DNA of 20,000 nucleotides from Vermamoeba vermiformis (taxonomy: Eukaryota). Location: assembly GCA_045837725.1 (NCBI GenBank), contig JBEWZL010000272.1, positions 359,144 to 379,143 of the forward strand, written 5' to 3'. Below are positions 9,445 to 19,354 of this stretch, one piece after another (position 1 is the first letter of the stretch; each line of letters starts with the position of its first letter). The position numbers were made by a program, and so were the translations under genes. Under the pieces are notes generated by a model that searched no databases, was not told the origin of the DNA, and saw only the letters and a list, made by a program, of their open reading frames with translations.

Positions 9445-11956
9445 CTATTTTCTAACAAACAGGCCTGGCGTACGTTGAACAACAACGACGGGAGCAAGCG
9501 CATTCGGTGCAACATTTTCTTTGTCCTGTGCATAGGCCTGCTTTGTTTGGCTCACCCCAGACGCAGGACTAAGAGCTTGACATTGAGGCTTGGCAATCAC
9601 CTTCACGGGCACTGTTCGTTGATTCAACGATGCCTCAATCTTCTGGCACTCTGTCAACGCGTCTGCAGCACTAATGCGTTGCGTCGAGTCCTCTTCAAGC
9701 ATTTGACGAACAAGCTCAACTGAGAAAAGATAGTAAGTACAATGGCTAAGCAATAGTACGCTCAATGAAGATACTCACTTAGCGATGTAGGAGCCAATGG
9801 CGAAGCGCGCAAAGATATTACCTCGGACAAAATATCAGCCCGATCTTGGTTGTTTGCAATCTTTCTGTTGTAGATCTATCGCCAAATGATTAGTTCAAGT
9901 AAGAATTTCAACGAACGCTGCAAGTTTACCAAGGAAGCAAGAACAAGGCCCATGGAGAACACATCCGACTTTTCACAGATCGGCTCTCGTCTGAGCATCT
10001 CGGGAGCCATGAACAGCTTGGTGCCGCAGTAGAACTCAGCTTTCTGGCCCGGAACAATCCGCCGTGCAGTCTACAACAAGTTAGCTTCATTTGGTATTGT
10101 AAGTTTTTAAGTATGCGTACCTCGAAGTCGATGAATCTCACTCGCTGACACTCAGTGTCATAGACAATGTTGTTCAATTTGACATCGCCGTGCAGGTACG
10201 ATGCCTCATTGAGACTAGACAGCGCCTAATTAATCATGATTAGCGCTTAGCTTTACTCTTCGAAGATAATGTATTACCGTTAATAATTGCTTGCTCAGTC
10301 GTACAGTCTCCTTTGCTGACGTCGGCTGTGGTACTTCATCGTACAACGGTGTGGCTATGGCAAAAAAATTGTCGCCCTTGTCCAACCACATCAGCGGAGC
10401 AACATACGGACCTATGGAATAATCGTGAGTCCAAAGATTATGAACGCTCTTCTAATACCTTTCAAAGCTTGTAACCTCCTTGCTTCCAACTTGATGCGAT
10501 CACGTGGGCCGGCTTTTCGCGCAAATAGTTGGTTATTGCACGATACCACCTGCACGTTATCTGCAATCTAAAAGGTGTCAGTTAACGATTGATTTGTTGA
10601 TTGTACTAGCTCACGTCTTCCACTGCAGAGCATTGCTTTGGATTGTATCCAGAATGTTTGTTCGGAGGTTGGTTCTCTTTGCTAGCAGACTTAATTGCTT
10701 TAACAGGGCTCGATTTCTCTGTGGAATTCGTAGACCTTTTGGAACGTGAAGAATTTGTGTTTGTACTTCGGGGCAACGCTTGCTCTTCTGCCATCGCTGC
10801 CTTCCTTCGCTTGACTATATCGAGCAGTTGGTTGATAATCTCCAACCTTCGTTTGTGGGATACCATCTTCACGCCAAGCAGTATGTGATGGATGTAAACA
10901 GCCAAACGGTTGAGGACGGTGACAATATAGGCCCGATCCAAATAAGTTGTTGCTCTGTGCTGGAACAGCAGCGTATCGAGCAACTGGCCGTCTGCATCGC
11001 GCTTCATGGCAAAGATACGCCATTCTCTGTCGTCCACAAAATAGCCAAAATTGAATTCTGGAGCGTTTTCCCAAACAAGTTCCATCATTTCTCTGGTGTA
11101 ACGCATCTCAGCGAGTAACTTTGATCTAGCAACGTTTGTTAATTAAGTGTGTTAATTGAACGAACGGTAAAAAACTTACACTCCGTCGCTGTACTCGCTA
11201 GCATCGTCTTCCTTCATGTGTTCGCCAATGAATATTGGTAGAGGAAGGACGGTAGTTCCTAAGTGCTCTTCAGCGATTGTGTGGAACAATTGTAGGAACT
11301 TCGCCGTTGTGTTTAGATCTGGGGTGTCGATTGCTGAGCACACAGATTGGGAGGCTTCGTTGTAGTAGAAGGGACCGGCGGCGCAGTCTGGCTTTAACAG
11401 AGGCATGTCGGGGCACATAAGGTTGCTAAGTAGATGATTGTTGCTACGTAGCAATCGTCAGTATTCATCTGAACTCAATGCTAACTCGATCGATCTTACC
11501 CAACGTGAAAGAGTAAGCTCTGCATGATTGATAATGCATTCCTACCAAGGCATGAACCCTGCATAGCCATTTTCATAACGACAACGGAGGAATGCGTTGG
11601 GTACCACAGATAATTCCAAGAACCATCAGGAGTGCCGAGATTAGTCGCTACTGCTGCAGAATTAACCTCGCCAAATTTAACGGCGATGTCTGACTGTTTG
11701 CTCTGGCCAGAGTTAGCTTCCGAATCCGGATTCGATCTGAACTTACCTGCTCAGTCAGCATCTCCTTATAAGCCTCCCATAGGTGAGGAAACGTCACACA
11801 TTCAGGCGTGAATATAACTTCTTTTTCATCGAAAGAAGGCAGGTCTTCGAAACCGTTTTTGAGCAGATTCGTTTCAAACTTGATGCCCTCTCTGGTCAGT
11901 ATGAAGCGCTCCATATCGGCGGACCAATTTTCAGGTGTTAGAGTTGACTTGCTCAT
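9445..11956 (-). CDS. Ser/Thr protein kinase with a putative N-terminal PD-(D/E)xK restriction-endonuclease-like domain (Crinkler-like REase-kinase), 10 exons, ~682 aa
   Basis: Exons 11956-11747, 11702-11500, 11443-11180, 11125-10615, 10567-10459, 10411-10278, 10225-10121, 10070-9930, 9875-9779, 9719-9445; 2049 nt in frame (the exon 2 acceptor may lie 9 nt further in). Kinase motifs: FARK, LEAR, LHGDVKLNN, FIDFE, CGTKLFMAPE, KSDVFSMG, RISAADAL. The N-terminal pattern is KPDC...IFIGEHMK...KLLAEM...FGYFVDDREWRIF. The kinase call is strong; the nuclease call is a pattern-based inference. Confidence 0.85.
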
Positions 11957-11959
11957 GGT

Positions 11960-12112
11960 TGTTTGAATAATCAAATGAACGAAATTCAAAAATAAAAATT
12001 GTAACGGGAGGGAAATTTTATCAATTTTATTTCAAAATTCGACCAATCAGAGTTATACGATTCCTCAAATGGCGTAACGGCTAGAAAACTGTTTCAAAAA
12101 AGGCGGGAAATT
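11960..12112 (-). promoter_or_regulatory. Cell-cycle-type promoter (E2F + CHR, Myb/MSA AACGG, CCAAT)
   Basis: Minus strand: TTCCCGC (12109-12103), 4 nt, TTTGAA (12098-12093). Further TTTGAA/TTCAAA at 12031, 11985 and 11962. GTAACGG at 12001 and 12074. CCAATCAG at 12043. Confidence 0.5.
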
Positions 12113-12294
12113 GGAGTTCGGTTCGCCAGCGTTAGGAACAAGAGCCAATTATCAATTGCGCCAGCTTTTCGCGCAACTGAAAGACAGGAGGAACGGAGTA
12201 AATAAGCTGCACAACCTGCATTATTGGTAAAGAGGGAAACTGTGGACGGTAGTTCGGTCTCGTGCTGTTAAAGATTAAAAAAGGTTGTTAAATG

Positions 12295-12295
12295 G

Positions 12296-12329
<34 letters not shown>

Positions 12330-12330
12330 A
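12295..12330. repeat. T15-A21 abutting homopolymers (self-complementary)
   Basis: T run at 12295-12309 directly followed by an A run at 12310-12330, in the intergenic region. Confidence 0.85.
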
Positions 12331-12646
12331 CTGCTCTGAACAGTTCCAGCAGCGGAGCTTCATCGACGGACATTGTCAGGGATAAATGGATGCACCTAAG
12401 GTAATATATGAGCCGTTGAGTCCGTTGCGAGTGCGGGGTTACAACAAAAGCTATGAATGAAATGAACTAATTTGAATGAAAAATTAAAAAACACTTGTTT
12501 TTTTTTTGTTGCCCAAACGAACATCACTTTGAAAAAATTAAAATTCTTTGATACAGTACGCGAAGATAATACCAATAAGCTGTCTTATACACTCGAATTC
12601 ATTATTTATTACGATGGATCAAAGCGTAATTTATTCCAAAGCTCGC

Positions 12647-13873
12647 TTAGAATTTAATCATGTTGTTACGACCATCGACGCACATGTAAGATGTAGCAGC
12701 GTTCTGGCACTCATTCGTGGTAATCGAATCATACACCTCGCAGTTCTGGCAGAACGGATTGTACTTGCAATCGAGGAACTGGACCTCGTCCTCATCGCAA
12801 TCAACAGCGTAGCGGATAAGGTCGCCGTAGCAAACATCAGTAGCAATGTAAGTGACTGACGTAGGACTATGAATTAAATTTTTAGTCAGATCCGAATCTC
12901 GTCGTCCACATCCAAAAAAACTTACTCGAAGTTGCAATTGTTATCATTGTCTTCAAAACGAACAATTTGTACCCACTTCTTCTTGTCAATTCTAAGTTGC
13001 TTGCCACAAGTTCTGTAGATGGTGTAGTCCGGTGTTTTGATGCACTGTTCCTCGCAGCCCGTAGCGTACATTTGGTCGATCGTGTACGGCAAGCTGTCAT
13101 TGCACAAGTGATAGTAGTTGTAGTAGTCGATCTGAAGGACGGGCTCTGATGCAACAGGGCTAGTTGGGTCCACTGGGGGTGAAGGGAAGTTGCAGAACCA
13201 TTCACCAACAATAGTGAGATCCGCATCCGTCGGGCTAATGACGGTAGTATTTTCAGCTTGAATAATGCCTTCTGGCACTATATATGTAATTAATATATAT
13301 ATACACCTCGTTTTATAACTTACAAAACTGGTTGCAGATCAGCTTTAAGGTCGTTCTTCGGGTCGATCCGCCGGAACAGCCAGTACAATTAGCACCGTCA
13401 TTGTAGGTAATGAGAATACCAAGACCATTATCTAAATATTATTAGTATAATATTATACAATTTATTAGCCATACCTAACGGCTCAACCACAGTTAAGGGA
13501 TCATAAGCTCCGAAGCAGGTTGCACCGTGATCCGGCGCAGAACCGCAGGCGCTGCAAGAATCGACGCCGCAATATTCATCAAGAGCCCCACATATAGTCA
13601 CGTTGACTACGTAGTCGCTGTACTCGTTGAAGACTTGGATCTTCCTACAACGAAAATCAGAAAAATTTATTTTTCTTACCCGCAGAGGCGTTTTAACAAG
13701 AATAATATTGTCAAAAATAGTAAAATGCAATAACAATATTCTTACTGTCCCATGAGCCAGCTGATATCGTAAGCTGTTCCATCCGAAGCAACCACAATAG
13801 TCTGGTCGCAAAAAGCATGAGACAACGCTACGAAGCAGCCAAATACCAAAAAGAAGCTTAAATATGCCTTCAT
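12647..13873 (-). CDS. Secreted Cys-rich protein with an N-terminal mannose-6-phosphate receptor homology (MRH)-like domain, 5 exons, ~325 aa
   Basis: Exons 13873-13746, 13644-13475, 13431-13324, 13277-12926, 12866-12647; 978 nt in frame. Signal peptide MKAYLSFFLVFGCFVALSHA. MRH-like motifs YDISWL, VTICGAL...C, GILITYNDGANC and RRTTLKLIC. A Pro-rich linker leads to a Cys-rich C-terminal region. No TM segment. Confidence 0.8.
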
Positions 13874-14025
13874 TGTGCTGATATACACTATTTAAGACTT
13901 TCTGGGCTGCTACAAATTTTGCTAGCAACAAAAATCTGATCGCGGTCAGAAAAAGTCAACGGACAATTAAGGCGCAAAAAAATCAGAATTCCAAAGTACA
14001 TATTGTCGTATATAATATTACCACT
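13874..14025. promoter_or_regulatory. Compact bidirectional promoter region
   Basis: Only 152 nt separate the divergent ATGs of the MRH-like gene (13873, minus) and the F-box gene (14026, plus). Confidence 0.55.
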
Positions 14026-17000
14026 ATGGACACAGAAAGCTTTCCATTTTTCTCGTTGCCAAATGAGCTCATCCACCAGTTGATGCAGTTCTTCGAGCCG
14101 TTGTCGTTGTGTCGCTTATCACAATGCAGTCACGAGCTAAAAGAACTTGCAAATGCTGATCATCTTTGGCAGCGATTAATTCCTGTCTATAAGGGCAAGA
14201 TTATTGCGGTTAGCCAGGATGTAACAGGTATCCATCATTACCGCTCAATAATTAATTTATTAATGCTTATTATTTTCATTAGTATTATTTTCATTATTTT
14301 GCTTGCTAAATGAATAATTTAATTTTGTGGCGTAACTTTTCAAAATAAAATTTAGATGTGACGTCGTCAATTTACTTACCCTTTATTAATTTTAGGCTGG
14401 AAAAATATATTCAAGGACGCCCAAGTGCACGAAATCATCGAGGATGCGTTGGAAACAACATTTAATCCCGAAGAGATTCTTGAAGGCAAGCCGATGCGCG
14501 TTGGCATCAAGCGCGTCATTTTGAGTCCTGGCGTGTATAACGTCGAGCTCAAATATACGGGCTACTCTCCTGTGATACTCGAGGGCTTATATGACAATCC
14601 TTGGAGCGAAAAGGAAGAGAATGAAAAAACATTTTTGACGCAGGTAAAAGACAAAGAAAACCCGCTGTTTGTGACTTATGGAGACTCGACTTTAAGAGTA
14701 AGTAATATATAAATATGCCTAGTATATTTAATTTTTGTGCTTTAATTGTTGATTTCTGGATTTGCTCATGCTCACAAGTTTTTGTTCAAAACTTCCGCAA
14801 TTTATTCAGCGAAACGAATTATCTAATGTAATCTAATTATAGAACTTGGTAATGAAAACTGAACGCGGTAATTTGAGCGTTGCAGTATTAGGCATGGACT
14901 GCAACATTACCGTCGAGAACTGCGAGATCGAGGCCAAGAGTTCATACGGCGTTGGTTCATTGTAAGCTATTTCTCATTAATATACCCTACTTGTAATACG
15001 TACTAATGTTTTATATCTACTCGCAGTGACTCCCGTGGCAAGACACTGACCATCAGCAAGTGTCACGTGTACAACTGCTTGCACGCCATTGCCGCGAACG
15101 GAGCGGGTCTGAAAGTGATTGACACGCGTAAGTACTGCTCGATAATAGGAGGGTCTCTCGAGCTTGAGAACATTACGTAGGCCGTCGGTATTGCGTACAG
15201 TGGCGAGCTATATTTAGACTGCTTGGACTGTCATTGCCTTTTTTGGAAGCATTGATGGTTGGAGCGTGCTGATACTGCGCATCATGCCACGTGCTTGAAA
15301 TTTCCCTTCACTCGTGTCACCTGAGCTGCAGTTGACACGTGTCATACGGAGGTTCGTCCGACGTGTCAGTGACTTATATTTTCTATTCATAGTGGTCCAC
15401 AACTGCGCGGGGGCGTTAGAAATCAAAGACCAGTTGGAGCCAGTGTCCATCGTGAACAGCGTCTTTCACCACATTTCCACCGAAAAAGTCGATTCCCGTG
15501 CCATCGCCATCGCGAACAGCAAGAACATTGAGTTCAAAAACTGTCAGATCTACGCGTGTCAAGGCACAGCGTTTTGGATCATGCAGACTGTGATCACAAT
15601 CGAGGACTGTACTATCACCGACAACAAGCTCGGCGTGATGGTCTTCGAGAAGGGCAATTTGACCTTTAAAAACAACAAAATTTCGAAGAATTTGAACGGC
15701 ATGGTCCTCAGACCGTTGTACACGCTCACTGCTTTTGAAAACAACGAGTTCATGGATAATCAAGAAGTCGGTAAGTCTCACTTGTTTAACGTCCTTACTG
15801 CCACCAAAGCACTTTCCTTTTAAGGAAACACGTAGCTTATTAATTGTTTGTCGGTCTCGGAAAATTAGAATCTCGAACAATTTGATTTTTTTTTGGCCAA
15901 CCAATTCTTTTTCGCTCAAAGGACCTGCAACTATTTTAATTACTATTTCTGTTAAATTTGCCATTCACGGATATGTTAAAAACCTTACTAATATGGAAAT
16001 TGTTTTCATTCAGGTCTGAGTGTGTTGCGCTACACGACGGACAGTCCATTGACCGAGGACTGGGTGAAGAGTCAAAACAAATTCGATCGCAACACGACGA
16101 ACATCACAATCTCCACGCGTGAAGGCGTTGACATGAGTGATGACGTCGAGACTGACATTGGCGTCGAGGCTAATGACGCTGAGATCCAAAAACAAGTTGG
16201 TAAGAAACACTATAATAACGTCGAATATAATTATAGTATTCGTATTATCAATCAACAAAATTTGAGATCCCATTTTTTCACTGAACGATCGATTCACTGA
16301 AATTCCTTGCTAACTCTCGATAATATTTGCAGCCGAGAAAATGAACAAGGCTGTCAAGGACAAATTGTGCACTTTTACGGCCACGCACTGCAACTTTGTC
16401 GAGCAAGACTGGTACGTAACTTAAGAATATAGTATAAATACGTATAATAAGCTTATTAATATTAAATTACGCCGTTAATTTTTGCTTGCACGAGCGGGGC
16501 TTTTATCTTTGCAAAAATTTTGAGCAGTGCGGCAACGCGGTTCAGTGAAAAGGTCCTATCGGAATGAAAGTCCACGTGCAGATGGTGCCAAATCAAGCGT
16601 AGATTTCATTGCGTGTGATGTGTTGGACCAATCACATCGCTCCAATCGCGAATCACGCACCAATTACGGCAACGCGTTGTTCATTTCTTTTATTTTTGTA
16701 TTTTTTCCTTCTCTTCCTGTTTTTTGTTTGTTTATCTATTTATCAATAATTACCTATTTACTAATAATACTGTGCCTTAGGTACGAATGTTTTACTTGCG
16801 GCCTGGCAGGTGACGCTGGATGTTGCGCTTCGTGCGTGGATGTGTGCCACAAAGATCACGCGGTGTCGCAGCAACCGAAGCACACATTGTTCTATTGGTA
16901 CGTGATTGATTAATACGATGCACTAATAATTATGTAATTATATCAAATTTTACTTGAAATAACTCTGGTGTACCACATCCGGATTTCAAAACTTTACCTC

Positions 17001-17103
17001 TTCGTATCATCGGATGTAGTTAAATACTGAACTAATATTATGCTACTATGATAGTGATTGTGGCTCTTCATTCCCCGATTGCAAGGCGTTAAAGAAGAAC
17101 TGA
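14026..17103 (+). CDS. FBXO11: FBXO11-like protein: F-box, right-handed beta-helix (PbH1/CASH) repeats, C-terminal UBR-type zinc finger; 9 exons, ~510 aa
   Basis: Exons 14026-14227, 14396-14697, 14843-14961, 15027-15127, 15393-15770, 16014-16199, 16333-16411, 16781-16897, 17055-17103; 1533 nt in frame. F-box LPNELIHQLMQF...LSQCS...LW. LSPGVY is followed by beta-helix repeats (ITVENCEI, FKNCQI, IEDCTITDN, FKNNKISKN). UBR box CTF...QDWYECFTC...CCASCVDVCHKDH...FYCDCG. Architecture matches FBXO11; orthology is not established. Confidence 0.85.
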
Positions 17104-17363
17104 ATCTGATCCAGTTCCGTTATGATCTGTTTGAACGGTAAATATTGTCAATTTACTTTCTCGTGTTGTCGTTGAACGGAAAATTAGCCCTAGAATTTAA
17201 TTGAAAGAATTGATTATTCGGATATTTATTTGCGCAAGTTTGAAAGGAGGTGGTATCGATTTTTCAAATAAAACTGCCTAATAAGGAAATAATCGGGTAG
17301 TATACGGACCATGGTATAAAATGCAATATTGCGCATTGTAATATATTCAATAATACTAGCGCC

Positions 17364-18614
17364 ATGGAAAAGCAATTTTTTGGAGTTTTAGTTTTGATTT
17401 TTATCTGCGGATGTGGATGTGCCGGCACTCTGCAAGCCAACGAGCTCAAATTGTCGCAAAAAACAAAAGGATATGTTGTTGGCGACCAATCGGTGCTCTA
17501 TGTTTATATAGCGGACACTAATAACTTGGCTAACGCTAAGAAAGCGATATTTTTTCCTCACGTGGATTCGTTCAGCAGACTCGAGATCAAGAACAGTAAG
17601 TCGTCAATATAGATTATATAATATACGTATATATTTATCGTACTCTATACACTTTACGTCAGTTTGCTAATGGATCTGATTAGGTTTTTTGAACTTTTCG
17701 AATCTAGTTCGCGTCAACAATACTGACAGCGCCAATAGCAGTTCATCGCTGCGATATATTTATCGGACCTCCTCCGACACTACCTACGTCTGGGTCGAGT
17801 TCGGCGGAAAAACTCTCAACTTGACAACAATGCCAAAACGTTACGCGAAAGGCGAATATATTTTAGCCTCGTATTCTGTTGTCGTGCAAATGAATAAGGG
17901 CGTAAGTTGTTATTATTATTATTTTTCAAACCAGATCTGCCATCAAAAATCATTTGCTGTCAATAACGCTTCAAAATTTCGGTTTCGGACCATTACAAAT
18001 AACAATTTCAAATAATTAATACTGTCCGTATTGCGATAGTCATATTCAAATATTAATGCCATTCATTATGACAATAGGAACCTACAGCGATTACTTGGGA
18101 CGACGGATGCCACGAGTGCATGAAGACGACCAATGAAACGGATCCTGAGCAATGCATCGATAATTCGTGCGGTGTGACGATATTAGAGTGCTTAGTATGT
18201 GAGTCTTGCAATCAGAACGGCAGTGTTTGGCAGACTTGCAATATCAAGGTAAGCTGGTTTACGTTTGATACATCCGTTTATTTAATGCTATGAGCGGCAA
18301 TGTTATATAGTAGTATTATTGATATTTTTACCGTTAAATAGCAAATATTATGAGGTCGCCTGCCTTTTTAAAAATAAATCAATAACTGGTTTATTTTCCA
18401 GATCTACCTCGGTTTTATTGGTACCGATGCCAATAGCAAACCACTGACTAGTGGAGGCAGTGTGCCATCTAACTTCTCGAAGTTCTCACTGGTACCTACA
18501 TTCAGAAGTGCAGCTGGAACTATCACGCAGCAGTTGACCTCGCAGAACACATCCACGAATTATGACCCACGCTGGGATCCGAACGTTAATGACCCACAGT
18601 GGGTCATTAACTAG
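17364..18614 (+). CDS. Secreted Cys-rich protein resembling the plant Expp1-like family, 4 exons, ~277 aa
   Basis: Exons 17364-17595, 17684-17901, 18078-18248, 18402-18614; 834 nt in frame. Signal peptide and several N-glycosylation sequons. The motifs LASYSVVVQMNKG...WDDGCHEC...C...C...CNIKIYLGFIGTD...LTS...FSKFSL resemble, from memory, the plant Expp1-type pattern SFTLV.EF..G....W..DGC..C...C..GIQLAFSGTD. Confidence 0.8.
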
Positions 18615-19354
18615 AATAGGTGCAATTATATTTATTACTTGTGGTAGAAAACTAGTATTTTCTCGTTCGTTTTTGTTCCATCGGCGATCTACTAAATTAA
18701 GACCAATAAAATAGCTCTTTTTCGTTTTGAATTAATTCCGAGCTCAAGTTGGACGGGTGTGAGTCAGGAATAAGATCGTCTCCTTAAACTTAAAACATTC
18801 TGGAGTAACCATTGCGTATTTGGACCTTAATTCCGCTGCTGCCACTTATTGCTACCGATTACTTAATAGAAATATATAAAACAACTACGGAGAATTATTG
18901 CTGTCGCTTCAGCATTAAATTTTGCAGTTGATTGTGGATTCACATCCGTTTTCTAAAGCGGACGGTGTTTCTGTTTCTGCATCAATTATTAAGCGTCTCA
19001 TATTAATAGTATCACATCTTATGCGTATTGGTTTATCAGCGAAAGAAAAACCCAGATCAGCGTCGTAATTTAGACCGTTTTTTTCATTTTGAAAGCTGAA
19101 ATTAGAATTGCATCTTATTATAATCCTCTTCTATGTTAAGCCTAATTCTCCTCACGTTCCACGTGGAACGGATTAAACTTCGTTTGCATTTTTAGCATAA
19201 TTTCTGCGCAGATCGCACTTTGGTAAACAATTTCATTCGTATATAGAGTACATGCCTTAGTACTAATTTGCTGCCACCAACGTACGGACCGAATTAATTA
19301 ATTTGATAAAAGTTATTATTTTCGGGTTTTCTATTAATTTTTTTTCTCGTTCAA

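Noticed and set aside
10504-11118. Several overlapping ORFs on both strands
   Set aside because: They are shadow frames of kinase exon 4.
15250-15325. Possible box C/D snoRNA in FBXO11-like intron 4 (TGATGG...CTGA)
   Set aside because: Box C is imperfect, the terminal stem is unconvincing, and I could not recognise an rRNA guide.
15416-15964. 182-aa minus-strand ORF
   Set aside because: It is antisense to FBXO11-like exon 5 and is explained by codon bias.
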